The translations under genes and the position numbers were made by a program. Under the pieces are notes generated by a model. That model saw nothing but the letters and a program-made list of their open reading frames with translations, was not told where the DNA came from and searched no databases. This document shows, piece by piece, positions 1 through 9,680 of a DNA stretch of 64,000 nt. This stretch comes from Candidatus Mcinerneyibacterium aminivorans (GTDB taxonomy: Bacteria > Macinerneyibacteriota > Macinerneyibacteria > Macinerneyibacteriales > Macinerneyibacteriaceae): positions 1 through 64,000 of the forward strand of contig VSIX01000003.1 in assembly GCA_008086245.1 (NCBI GenBank), given 5' to 3'. Within the stretch, counting starts at the first letter, position 1. The number at the start of each line of letters is the position of its first letter.

Positions 1-43
1 AAACAAAAACATTGTTATTTTAAATTTTTATGATAAAGTTTAA

Positions 44-2485
44 TTGAATATGAAAAAATATTTTATAATTATAATTATTTTTTTATTAATCTGTGTATCT
101 CTTTCTTATTCGGAACCAGTTCGGTTCAAATATCAGAAAAACATTCTTCCAACAGGCAAAATAAAAATTGATAAGTTAAAAAGAAAATACTGGGGAATAG
201 CCCTAAGCGGTGGTGGAGCCAGAGGATTTGCCCATCTTGGATTTATGAAAGCACTGGAAGAAGAGGGGATAGAGCCGGATATGCTGTCGGGAACTTCAAT
301 GGGTGCAGTTGTTGGTGGTTTTTTAGCAGCCGGTTATGAAATGGAAAAAATAATAAAACTTATGAATTCAGTTGATTTTGAAGCGATTTTCTCCAATGAC
401 CCAGGCAGAGAAGATGTGATCATGCATAATAAAAATTATTATGATATGTTTATGGGAAGTGTAAATATTACCAAAAGGGGCCTGGAGCTGCCGGCTTCTA
501 TACTTTCAGGATATAAAATACAAAAGCTTTTTTTAAGATATCTATCTCCGATTACTACCATTGAAGAGTTTAATAATTTTAATAATCTGTATTATCCATG
601 TAGAATAGTTGCTGCTGATATTAAAACTGGAGGTGGTTATATCTGGGACTCGGGAGATCTGGGTATAGCGGTAAGAAGCAGCATGAATATACCGGGCGTA
701 TTTCCCCCCTTAAAAATAGGAGATTACCAGTTAGTAGATGGAGGAGTATATGAAAATCTTCCCTTATCTCAGCTCGATAATTTGGGTGCAAATTTCAAGG
801 TGGGAATAGATTTATCACAAAAACCAGCAGAATCCGTTAGTACCATGATGGATACATTTCGACAGTTAACCTCAATATTTATCTATAATCAAACTAAACA
901 AAATTACAAAAAAGCGGATAAGATTTATAATCTTCCTTTAGATAATATAAAATCCAGTGATTTTGATAAATATGATGAAATTTACCAGAAAGGATATGAA
1001 TTTGCAAAAAAACATATAAGATCTTTTAAAAGGGATTTAGAATTATCTCAGAAAAAATTCTATGTAAAAAATATAGTCTATAAGAAGCAAGATTACCCGG
1101 TGAATGATTATCTGACCGAAGAAAATATTTATAATAAAATAGAAAAAATTATTTCCAGTAAAAATCTATGGTTGTTTGAAGCAAGGCTGAATAATGAAAA
1201 TATTTATGTTAGAAAATCTGTTATTTTAAAAAACATAAAGATAAAATCACCGGATAAAACTATAAGCTTTCAGACAGAAACACTGGAAAACACAAGGAAG
1301 CTACTTGAAAAAATAAAAGAAATTGAATATAAAAAAGGGTATAGAGCTACATTAATCTGTAATTATGAAATCAGAGGGGATACTTTATTAATCAATACAA
1401 AAAATTTAAAAATAGATAGCATAGAAGTTCGAAACAATGATTATATTTCAAACAGGTTTATAAAAAAATATTTTCAAAAAAAAGGGGAGCTTTTTTTTGA
1501 TAAACACCTATTAAAATATCTTGACCGTTTGTACGGTACCGGGTTTTTTGAAATTGTACTTCCTTATTTTGAAAATAAAGACAATAAAACTGTACTGGTT
1601 ATTTATGTAAAGGAGAAAAAAAGAGCGAAGTTGAGCCTTGCAGGAAATTTCGTACTGGGAAAAGGTTTCCAGGCTTATTCACGAATAGATTATAACAATT
1701 TGTTTGGCTGGAATGAGATTTTAACCCATGAATTGAAACTGGATAAAGATAGACACAGCCGTCTTACCTATTTTTCGCCGATGCTTTTGAATCTACCGGT
1801 AAGATTTACACTTGGTGGGGGATATCAGGAAGAATCTGACTACCCCGGTGCTTCTTACACCCAGAAAAAGTTTTATGGATTTTCTGGGATAAATTTATTT
1901 AAGTATATTTCGGGCCTGGAATTTAAAATATTTTATGAGGAGTATAGTCCTTTTGAAGATGAATATTTGAAATATTTCAGAACAAATTTGGAGTTTAATA
2001 TTGATCACCTCAATTCCCAAAATCTTAAGCTTGAAGGATACAACCTGGTTGCTTCTTATGAGAAGCCAATTACAAATTTAAACTATGATAAAATTACTTT
2101 TAGCTATGAGAATTATATAAATATTGATAACACCCTGACCATCTTTGGAGATTTTTTCGGGGGTCAGATTTCAGGAGAAAATTATGTTTATAATAATTTG
2201 ATTAATTATGAAAATTTATTTGAAAATGATGACTATTCATACTATGAAAATATATATGATTTAAAAGTTGGTATGAAATATACTGGGGAAAAAAAGATAA
2301 TTGTTCCTTATGTTTTTTATGGTGCTCTTGCAGATGATAGAATTAACAATTTAAAATCTTATTTTGGAATTGGATTTGAGAGAAAAATTATTTTATTGAG
2401 ATACATAAATTGGGAACTTTGTTTTAACAGAGATATAAAGGATATTTCTTTAAGGATAGGTGTTAAAATTAAGGAAGGATATTGA
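44..2485 (+). CDS. Patatin-like phospholipase fused to a C-terminal Omp85/BamA-like outer-membrane beta-barrel (PlpD-like, type Vd autotransporter architecture)
   Basis: N-terminal signal-like hydrophobic stretch; patatin motifs G-G-G-x-R/K-G (GIALSGGGARGFAHLG) and nucleophile elbow G-T-S-M-G (GTSMGAVVGG); a DGG active-site Asp motif (LVDGGVYENLP); long C-terminal region with alternating aromatic/hydrophobic pattern typical of a beta-barrel; 813 aa. Confidence 0.65.
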   Translation: MNMKKYFIIIIIFLLICVSLSYSEPVRFKYQKNILPTGKIKIDKLKRKYWGIALSGGGARGFAHLGFMKALEEEGIEPDMLSGTSMGAVVGGFLAAGYEMEKIIKLMNSVDFEAIFSNDPGREDVIMHNKNYYDMFMGSVNITKRGLELPASILSGYKIQKLFLRYLSPITTIEEFNNFNNLYYPCRIVAADIKTGGGYIWDSGDLGIAVRSSMNIPGVFPPLKIGDYQLVDGGVYENLPLSQLDNLGANFKVGIDLSQKPAESVSTMMDTFRQLTSIFIYNQTKQNYKKADKIYNLPLDNIKSSDFDKYDEIYQKGYEFAKKHIRSFKRDLELSQKKFYVKNIVYKKQDYPVNDYLTEENIYNKIEKIISSKNLWLFEARLNNENIYVRKSVILKNIKIKSPDKTISFQTETLENTRKLLEKIKEIEYKKGYRATLICNYEIRGDTLLINTKNLKIDSIEVRNNDYISNRFIKKYFQKKGELFFDKHLLKYLDRLYGTGFFEIVLPYFENKDNKTVLVIYVKEKKRAKLSLAGNFVLGKGFQAYSRIDYNNLFGWNEILTHELKLDKDRHSRLTYFSPMLLNLPVRFTLGGGYQEESDYPGASYTQKKFYGFSGINLFKYISGLEFKIFYEEYSPFEDEYLKYFRTNLEFNIDHLNSQNLKLEGYNLVASYEKPITNLNYDKITFSYENYINIDNTLTIFGDFFGGQISGENYVYNNLINYENLFENDDYSYYENIYDLKVGMKYTGEKKIIVPYVFYGALADDRINNLKSYFGIGFERKIILLRYINWELCFNRDIKDISLRIGVKIKEGY

Positions 2486-2600
2486 AAAAATGATTTAAGA
2501 AGGTTTGAATTATGACTGATTTATCAATATGACTATATATTTGGTTTGAACATAATAACGGGGTTGTGCCCGTAAATAAAAAGAGATTGGGGCAGATATC

Positions 2601-3257
2601 ATGAAAATAGGGTTGCACCGTGCTTTTCACAGGATTTATGGGGAGAACAATTTAAACGGGTTAAAAAATATTGAACATGAAATTGATTTTGTGGAGCTTG
2701 ATTTTCAGTTAACTAAAGATAAAAAATTAATTCTGCATCATGATGAATATGATGTAGATGACAGTATAATATCCGATACAGAAAAAAATTTACTTAAGGT
2801 CGACTCTACTAAGGGAGATGTGGATGTAAATTCTGTACTGGATTATATAATGCGGGAAACTGATCTGAAAATAAATGCAGAAATTAAAGATTCTCCCCTT
2901 CTTGATAAAAAATTTTCAGTTGATGATTACATTAAAAGGTTTTTAAAATATCCTAAAGATCGAATTTTTTATTCATCTTTTAACTCCAATTTTATTTACA
3001 GCTTGAAAAGAAAGTATCCGGATATGGAAACCGGGGTTGTGTTTGAGTCAAGTTTTGATTTATTAAAATTTAGGTGGGACCTTATTGATAATTTGCATCC
3101 TCACTGGAGTGTAGTTACAGCTAAAATGATAGAAACATCTCACAGATTGGATAAAAAAATTATTACATATACGGTTGATAGTAAAAATGTTTTTAAAAAG
3201 TTAAAAGAATTAAAAGTTGACGGAGTAATTACAAATTACCCCGATAAGCTTCTTTAA
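2601..3257 (+). CDS. Glycerophosphodiester phosphodiesterase (GDPD)-family protein
   Basis: HRAFHR...ENNLNGLKN...ELDFQLTKDKKLILHHD resembles the GDPD H-R...E-x-D...HD catalytic core; 218 aa. Confidence 0.5.
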   Translation: MKIGLHRAFHRIYGENNLNGLKNIEHEIDFVELDFQLTKDKKLILHHDEYDVDDSIISDTEKNLLKVDSTKGDVDVNSVLDYIMRETDLKINAEIKDSPLLDKKFSVDDYIKRFLKYPKDRIFYSSFNSNFIYSLKRKYPDMETGVVFESSFDLLKFRWDLIDNLHPHWSVVTAKMIETSHRLDKKIITYTVDSKNVFKKLKELKVDGVITNYPDKLL

Positions 3258-3269
3258 GTTAATCTAATC

Positions 3270-4523
3270 TCATGTTTTTAAAGGTTTTTTCTTTATAGAG
3301 GGAAACAATACATTATTAAGAATCAACCGGTAGCCGGGGGAGTTTCTGTGGTATTTCAGTTTCGTTTTTGGATCTCCTATCCTGTGAACAAAATCTTCGG
3401 GGTCATGTCCTCCAAGAAAAACGAAAAATCCTTTTCCTGCTTTTCCCATAATATATTTTGCTTCATCAAATTTTTGATATCGCCCCAGTACTGTGATTCT
3501 ATCTTTGATTGTTTCCGAAGTGAAAGAAGTAGTTTGTCCCACGAAATCTTTAATAATAAATTTATGATTCTGGGTTAAAGTTGTCGGAACAACATCTATT
3601 TTTGCTGAAAATTCAAACAGTTCAAAATAGTATTGATTTTGGGTAAACCCTTTTTTATCTGCCCGAGGGGTGTCAATGGTAGAAAATTCATATTTGTAAG
3701 GGTCGGGATATATGTCAAAATTTTTAAAGGCAAGGGTTTTGGAATAATTCAATTTTTCTTTAAAATTTGAATCCACCGGATCCCCATCGTATTCTGCAGG
3801 AACAATATCGGTATTTTCAGCGGATAATGCAATATCCAGTGTGTCAGTTGCAGAACACATTGAAAATAAAAAACCGCCTTTATTTATAAAATCTCTTATT
3901 GTCATGGCAACAGATAGCTTTAATTCGGAAACTTTTTTAAATCCAAGTTTTCTTGCCTCCTTCTTATATCTTTTTTTTCGCTTCATATACCATGTAGTAT
4001 GTTTATACGCCAGAAATTTGCCGTATTGCCCTGTGAAATCTTCATGATGCAGATGAAGCCAATCATATTTGTAAATATTCCCGTTTAATATTTCTTTATC
4101 CCATATTTTATCATAGGGGATATTTGCATATTCCAGGACCAGTGTAACAGCATCATCCCATGGATTGCTATCTGGGGGTATGTAAACAGCTATTTTCGCA
4201 GTTTTTTCTAAAGGTATTTTGTTCATATTGTTGTTGTTGATTGTATGAATAATTTCCTCATAATGAGTTTTTTTTATTATTGAATAGGATATTCCGAATT
4301 CATCTGCCAGTTTTTTTATGGAATTATTAAATATAATAAAGGATCCCCCTTTATAGTTTAGGAGCCATTCGGATTTTATTCCATTTGATACAGCTTGATA
4401 AACTACGCCGTAGGCTTTTAAATGATTTTTTTGGGAATCATTCATAGGAATAAAAACGATTCCCAGACTTATTTTTACAAAAATTATAATCAAAAACAAA
4501 AGCAGGCTTAATTTTTTTAACAT
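3270..4523 (-). CDS. Secreted/lipoprotein-like hypothetical protein
   Basis: Complete 417-aa ORF with N-terminal signal/TM segment (LLLFLIIIFVKISLG); no motif I can assign confidently. Confidence 0.5.
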   Translation of the reverse strand: MLKKLSLLLFLIIIFVKISLGIVFIPMNDSQKNHLKAYGVVYQAVSNGIKSEWLLNYKGGSFIIFNNSIKKLADEFGISYSIIKKTHYEEIIHTINNNNMNKIPLEKTAKIAVYIPPDSNPWDDAVTLVLEYANIPYDKIWDKEILNGNIYKYDWLHLHHEDFTGQYGKFLAYKHTTWYMKRKKRYKKEARKLGFKKVSELKLSVAMTIRDFINKGGFLFSMCSATDTLDIALSAENTDIVPAEYDGDPVDSNFKEKLNYSKTLAFKNFDIYPDPYKYEFSTIDTPRADKKGFTQNQYYFELFEFSAKIDVVPTTLTQNHKFIIKDFVGQTTSFTSETIKDRITVLGRYQKFDEAKYIMGKAGKGFFVFLGGHDPEDFVHRIGDPKTKLKYHRNSPGYRLILNNVLFPSIKKKPLKT

Positions 4524-4527
4524 AGAC

Positions 4528-5502
4528 CTATTTTTTCTCCTCTGTTGTTTCTTTTTCAGGACCTGTCTGTGGTTCGACTGATTGTTTATTAGGGTTTAAT
4601 ATCAAGGGCATTCCAGTTCCTTCTTTTGAAGTAGGTAAAATTACAAAGGTAGTATTTTTTGATTTTGCAAGTTCTTTATAGGCCTGAATTGCTTCATGCT
4701 GTAAATATTCCGGTGTTAAATTCTTTTTTATTATACTTTGTGCTTTAGCTAGACCGTTAGCTTCTATTTCTTTTATTTCGGCTTCCTTTCTTGCTATATC
4801 TTTTTTTGCTTCCATCGCTTCTGCTTCCTGCTGTTTTTGGATTTTTATTTGAACCGATTCTTCGACTTTTGAAGGCAATTTTATGTTTCTTATTAGAACC
4901 TCTTCTATTAAAATATGTTTTTTTGCTAAAGTTTTGGTTAATCTTTCTTTTATATAATTTCCCAGTTTCTGTCTTTCAACAGAATAAAGTTCTTGAAGTG
5001 GAATTGCCGAACATTCATCTCTTATTGCTGTTCTTATTGCAGGTCTTACAACTTTGGCTTTTAGGTCATCGGTATCGCGGGCTATATTTTCATAGATATC
5101 ATAAATTTTATTTTTGTCTATTTTCCACCAGATGGTTGAATCTATTTTTACCTCAAGTCCATCAAAAGATCTAACGGTTATACTGTCATCTCCAACTTTT
5201 TCACCTTCTACTTCTCTGGCACTCATTGTATATTCCCTCAATCTTGTAGGATATTTAACAACTTCTACCATAGGGATTTTAAAGTTAGGTCCCGATTGCA
5301 GGGGTCTTTTTATTACCTTCCCAAATAATATCTGAACACCGACTTCTCCTGCATCAATAATCACCACGGATTGAGCTGCAAAAACAACAGCCATAATGAT
5401 AATAAAAAGTAAAATTAAATATTTTGATATATTTAATTTTGAAGAAAATGGAAAAATTATAACTCCTATTAAAATTAAAAATAAAGAAATAAGTGCTAAC
5501 AT
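4528..5502 (-). CDS. SPFH/band-7 (prohibitin/HflC-like) membrane protein
   Basis: N-terminal TM helix followed by an SPFH-like core (VVIIDAGEVGVQILFGKV...) and a charged coiled-coil C-terminus rich in E/K/A. Confidence 0.7.
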   Translation of the reverse strand: MLALISLFLILIGVIIFPFSSKLNISKYLILLFIIIMAVVFAAQSVVIIDAGEVGVQILFGKVIKRPLQSGPNFKIPMVEVVKYPTRLREYTMSAREVEGEKVGDDSITVRSFDGLEVKIDSTIWWKIDKNKIYDIYENIARDTDDLKAKVVRPAIRTAIRDECSAIPLQELYSVERQKLGNYIKERLTKTLAKKHILIEEVLIRNIKLPSKVEESVQIKIQKQQEAEAMEAKKDIARKEAEIKEIEANGLAKAQSIIKKNLTPEYLQHEAIQAYKELAKSKNTTFVILPTSKEGTGMPLILNPNKQSVEPQTGPEKETTEEKK

Positions 5503-5540
5503 ATGTATATGCCCCCTTTCAAAAAATTCTTAATTAATAT

Positions 5541-5568
5541 TTGACAAAATCAAAGACTTCCATATAAT
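5541..5568 (+). promoter_or_regulatory. Near-consensus sigma70-type promoter for the gcv operon (TTGACA-16 nt-TATAAT)
   Basis: TTGACA at 5541-5546 and TATAAT at 5563-5568, about 75 bp upstream of the gcvH start with a GGAGG RBS. Confidence 0.45.
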
Positions 5569-5642
5569 CCAAATATATAGAAAGTTTTCTATTTTAGCAA
5601 TGAAAAATTTAATAAAAATGGTTTTTATCGAAAGGAGGAACC

Positions 5643-6023
5643 ATGGCAAGAGAAGGTTTAATGTATACAGATTCGGATGAGTGGGTTCAAAAAAAGGATA
5701 ATAATATCCTGAGAGTAGGAATTACTGATCATGCACAATCGGAATTGGGAGACATTGTTTATGTTGATTTACCGGAAATAGGTGAAGAATATGACAAAGG
5801 CGATGATGTTAATGAAATAGAATCGGTAAAGGCAGTAGCTGAAGTTAAAGCTCCTGTTAGCGGCAAAATTGTTGCAATCAATGATCAGCTTGAAGATGAT
5901 CCAGCACTTCTAAATGAAGAACCTTTTGATAATGGTTGGATTTTTGAAATTGAAATGACAGATCCTGATCAGCTTGAAAATTTGATGGATCTTGAAGAAT
6001 ATGAAAGCAAATTAGAGGAGTAA
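5643..6023 (+). CDS. gcvH: Glycine cleavage system H protein (lipoyl carrier)
   Basis: Lipoyl-attachment motif E-S-V-K-A (EIESVKAVAEV) and C-terminal GWIFEIE-type motif; 126 aa. Confidence 0.9.
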   Translation: MAREGLMYTDSDEWVQKKDNNILRVGITDHAQSELGDIVYVDLPEIGEEYDKGDDVNEIESVKAVAEVKAPVSGKIVAINDQLEDDPALLNEEPFDNGWIFEIEMTDPDQLENLMDLEEYESKLEE

Positions 6024-6042
6024 ACATTTAAAGGAGGTACAT

Positions 6043-7392
6043 ATGGCATATTATCCTCATACTTCTGAAGAGATAGAGGAGATGCTTTCCTCCTTGGGTT
6101 ATGAATCCATAGAGGAATTATTCGAGGATATACCTAAAGAGGCGCGTTTTAATGATGAAAGTCTTCTCAATGAAGGAACTTCTGAACTGGAAGTTTCAAA
6201 GTTGATGAAAGAATTGTCTGAAAAAAATAAAACTGTTGATGATTACATATGTTTTATGGGTGGAGGAGCCTATGATAGATATATACCTTCAACGGTAGAT
6301 CATGTAATTTCTAGACCGGAATTTTATACTGCATACACTCCTTATCAACCCGAAGTAAGCCAGGGGACACTTCAGCATATTTATGAATATCAAACAATGA
6401 TTTGTAGATTAACTGGAATGGATGTAGCAAATGCTTCTATGTATGATGGGGCAAGTGCTCTAGCAGAAGCAGTTATTATGGCTATGAATGTTTCAAGGAA
6501 AAACAAAATAGTAGTTCCTAAAAGCTTAAATCCATACTGGTTAAGGGTTGTAAAAACATACCTGCTGGGTTCTGATGCAGAATTTGTAATGGTAGAGGAA
6601 AAAAATGGAGAAATAGATTACTGTGATCTGGAGGATAAAATCGATGATGATGTAGCTGCTGTTTTAACGCAGTACCCAAATAGTTTTGGTATTGTAGAAA
6701 ACTTAAAAGAGATTAAGGATAAGTTTACTTCAAAGAAAACAATGTTTGTTGTTATGGCAGATCCAATAGCCTTAGGATTATTGAAGAAACCGGGAGACCT
6801 TGGGGCTGATATAGTTGTCGGAGAGGGGCAGCAGCTTGGAATTCCACTTTCTTTTGGAGGTCCTTATCTGGGATATTTTGCTTTTAGAAAAAAATATGTA
6901 AGAAAATCTCCAGGTCGTATTATAGGGAAAACCGAGGATAAAGAAGGTAAAAGAGGTTTTGTTATGACCTACCAGACAAGAGAGCAGCATATAAGAAGAG
7001 AGAAGGCAACTTCAAATATATGTACCAATCAGGGATTAATGACTGTTGCCGCATCTGTTTATATGTCAACTCTGGGAAAACAGGGGTTAAGAGAGGTAGC
7101 AGAGCAATCATATAAAAAAGCTCATTATTTATTTAATGAATTAACCCGAATAGATGGCATTAAAAAAGCTTATCCTGATAAACCTTTCTTTGATGAATTT
7201 GTTATAGAAGTAAATACTGATTTAAATAAACTAAAATATAAAATGAAAAAGGAAGGATATCTACCCGGAATTATTCTAAAACATCAGTATCCTGAGAAAG
7301 ACAATCAGTTGTTAATTGCCGTTACTGAAAAAAGGACAAAAGAAGAAATGGATAGCTTTGTAAGTAAAATAAAAACAATATTGAAAGGTTAG
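6043..7392 (+). CDS. gcvPA: Glycine dehydrogenase (decarboxylating) subunit 1, P-protein N-terminal half
   Basis: 449 aa with YTPYQPE and GEGQQLGIPLSFGGPYLG motifs typical of GcvPA; immediately follows gcvH. Confidence 0.9.
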   Translation: MAYYPHTSEEIEEMLSSLGYESIEELFEDIPKEARFNDESLLNEGTSELEVSKLMKELSEKNKTVDDYICFMGGGAYDRYIPSTVDHVISRPEFYTAYTPYQPEVSQGTLQHIYEYQTMICRLTGMDVANASMYDGASALAEAVIMAMNVSRKNKIVVPKSLNPYWLRVVKTYLLGSDAEFVMVEEKNGEIDYCDLEDKIDDDVAAVLTQYPNSFGIVENLKEIKDKFTSKKTMFVVMADPIALGLLKKPGDLGADIVVGEGQQLGIPLSFGGPYLGYFAFRKKYVRKSPGRIIGKTEDKEGKRGFVMTYQTREQHIRREKATSNICTNQGLMTVAASVYMSTLGKQGLREVAEQSYKKAHYLFNELTRIDGIKKAYPDKPFFDEFVIEVNTDLNKLKYKMKKEGYLPGIILKHQYPEKDNQLLIAVTEKRTKEEMDSFVSKIKTILKG

Positions 7393-7401
7393 GTGGGGAT
7401 T

Positions 7402-8850
7402 ATGACTGAATTGATATTTGAATTAACCTCTCCAGGTAGAAAGGCTTATACCTTACCTGATTGTGATGTTGATGTTGATTATGATGATAAAATAAAAGAT
7501 TTTATAGATGAAGAACCTGTTAATCTTCCGGAGGTTTCCGAGCAGGACCTTATGAGGCATTATGTTGAACTGTCAACTTTAAATTTCCATGTTGATAAGG
7601 GAATGTATCCTTTAGGTTCATGTACCATGAAATATAATCCAAAGATTAATGAAGATATTGCAAGATTGGATGGTTTTAGCGATATTCATCCATACAGTGC
7701 AGATGAAGATATTCAGGGATTACTGGAAATGCTGTTTGATTTTGAAAAAGATTTGAAAATATTAACGGGAATGGACAAATTTACATTCCAGCCTGCTGCT
7801 GGGGCACATGGAGAGCTAACAGGTATAAAAATATTCAGAAAATATTTTGACAACAAGGGAGAGGACCGCGATAAAATAATAGTTCCTGATTCAGCACACG
7901 GGACCAATCCTGCAACAGCTTCCATGGGAGGTTTTGAAGTTATAACCATAAAATCAAATGATAAAGGCTGTGTTGATCTGGATGCTTTAAGAGATGCCAT
8001 GGATGAAACCGTTGCCGGATTATATTTGACAAATCCAAATACCCTCGGAATATTTGAAGAAGATATTTTAGAAATAGCGAAAATAGTTCATGATGAAGGT
8101 GGCCTGCTGTATTATGATGGGGCTAATTTAAATGCAACAATGGGTATATCAAGACCCGGAGATATGGGATTTGATATAGTTCATTTAAATTTGCATAAAA
8201 CTTTTTCTGCTCCACACGGTGGGGGAGGCCCGGGTTCAGGTCCAATTGGAGTGAAGGATTTTTTAACTCAATATTTACCGGTGCCGGTTGTAAAAAAAGA
8301 TGATAACGGGAATAAATATAAACTGGATTATTCTTTAGAAAATACTATAGGGAAAATACACGGGTTTTTTGGTAATGTCGGTGTTGTTGTGAAAGCATAT
8401 GCTTATACAAAACTTTTAGGGTTAAAAGGGCTGAAAAAAGTATCTGAAATGGCGTGTTTAAATGCTAATTACCTGAAGGATAACCTGAAAAAAGATTACT
8501 ATCTAAAATTTAATAGGTTGTGCAAGCATGAATTTGTATTATCCGGAAAAAATCAGAAAGCAGAAAATAGTGTTAAAACTCTTGATATTGCTAAAAGGAT
8601 GCTTGATTTTGGAGTTCATCCACCTACTGTTTATTTTCCTCAAATAGTTGATGAGGCATTGATGATTGAACCGACTGAAACCGAGAGCAAACAGTCGCTT
8701 GATAATTTTATCAGGATAATGAAAAAAATTGCTTCTGAGGCTAAAAATAATCCGGAAACGGTTAAAAAAGCTCCTCATACTACTCCAGTTAAAAGACTAA
8801 ATGAAGCTAAAGCTATGAGAAATCCTGATTTGAAATATGAAAATGAATAG
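7402..8850 (+). CDS. gcvPB: Glycine dehydrogenase (decarboxylating) subunit 2, P-protein C-terminal half, PLP-binding
   Basis: PLP-lysine context HLNLHKTFSAPHGGGGPG; ATG at 7402 preceded by AGGTGGGG RBS (the ORF track extends to a GTG at 7393). Confidence 0.9.
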   Translation: MTELIFELTSPGRKAYTLPDCDVDVDYDDKIKDFIDEEPVNLPEVSEQDLMRHYVELSTLNFHVDKGMYPLGSCTMKYNPKINEDIARLDGFSDIHPYSADEDIQGLLEMLFDFEKDLKILTGMDKFTFQPAAGAHGELTGIKIFRKYFDNKGEDRDKIIVPDSAHGTNPATASMGGFEVITIKSNDKGCVDLDALRDAMDETVAGLYLTNPNTLGIFEEDILEIAKIVHDEGGLLYYDGANLNATMGISRPGDMGFDIVHLNLHKTFSAPHGGGGPGSGPIGVKDFLTQYLPVPVVKKDDNGNKYKLDYSLENTIGKIHGFFGNVGVVVKAYAYTKLLGLKGLKKVSEMACLNANYLKDNLKKDYYLKFNRLCKHEFVLSGKNQKAENSVKTLDIAKRMLDFGVHPPTVYFPQIVDEALMIEPTETESKQSLDNFIRIMKKIASEAKNNPETVKKAPHTTPVKRLNEAKAMRNPDLKYENE

Positions 8851-8857
8851 ATAAAGC

Positions 8858-8892
8858 AATAAAGGATGAGGTGTTCATCCTCATCCTTTATT
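8858..8892. terminator. Bidirectional intrinsic terminator between convergent gcvPB and hsp20
   Basis: AAAGGATGAGG - TGTTCAT - CCTCATCCTTT, an 11-bp perfect stem flanked by A-rich (5') and T-rich (3') sequence; overlaps the hsp20 stop codon. Confidence 0.6.
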
Positions 8893-9366
8893 TATGTCTA
8901 TCTTTTTAACTTCCTTGCTTTCCTCTGTTTTGGGAAGATCAATTTTGAGAATACCATCTTTTAAATCCGCTTTTATGTTTTCCTTGTCAATATTATCAGG
9001 TAATCTAAATCTTCTTTCAAATCTGCCGCTTCTTATTTCTCTTCTGTAGTAGTTTTTATCTTCTTCTTCATTTTCTTCCTCTTTTTCAGCGGAAATTGTT
9101 AGAATATCCCTTTCAAGTTTAACTTCCAGATCATCTTCATTAATTCCTGGAAGCTCCGCTTCCACGATAAAACTATCATCTTTTTCACTGATGTCGACTG
9201 AAAATCTTCTTGTTCCGGTAGATGGAGTATCGATTAAACTGTCTCCCCAAAAGTCTTCAAACAATTTTTCCATTTCATCAAAGAAACTGCCAAAGAAATC
9301 GTCTCTACGGCTCAAGCTTTTATCCTCTTCATTCTTTCTTTTTAAAAATCTTTTCATAATTAACAC
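8881..9366 (-). CDS. Hsp20/alpha-crystallin family small heat-shock protein
   Basis: Alpha-crystallin domain (FSVDISEKDDSFIVEAELPGINEDDLEVKLERDILTISAE...GRFERRFRLPDNIDKENIKADLKDGILKIDLPK); 161 aa. Confidence 0.85.
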   Translation of the reverse strand: MLIMKRFLKRKNEEDKSLSRRDDFFGSFFDEMEKLFEDFWGDSLIDTPSTGTRRFSVDISEKDDSFIVEAELPGINEDDLEVKLERDILTISAEKEEENEEEDKNYYRREIRSGRFERRFRLPDNIDKENIKADLKDGILKIDLPKTEESKEVKKIDINKG

Positions 9367-9680
9367 CTCCTTGATTTTTTTATCCTAATTTCCATTTACT
9401 TTTCACTTATTAATAAAGCAATGATTGTGCCAAACTGAATAAAATAAATAAGAATATCTGTAACCTGTTGAAATATTTCAAATTACAGCTATAAAAAATT
9501 ATATAAATAATTTTAATAATTTGGAATGTATATAAAACCCCCTTTAAGTGTGTAATAATTATACAATCTGTGTATATGCGGATGCATAAATATTATCCAT
9601 TATAAATTTCACTTCTTGAATGCTATTTTATAATATGGTATAAATAAGTAGGGATAGAAAAATAATAAAAGGAGAAAAAA

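Noticed and set aside
2486-2600. ACGGGG-TTGT-GCCCGT hairpin after the patatin gene as a terminator
   Set aside because: The stem is short and imperfect and is followed by an A-rich rather than T-rich tract.
4791-5335. Plus-strand ORFs of 127 aa and 73 aa inside the SPFH gene region
   Set aside because: They overlap a well-supported minus-strand SPFH CDS in antisense. Their Leu/Phe-rich composition is typical of translating the complement of a Lys/Glu-rich gene.
5503-5642. Glycine riboswitch upstream of gcvH
   Set aside because: The leader is only about 140 nt and lacks the conserved GGAGAG...CACCG tandem aptamer cores. Only a promoter and RBS are evident.
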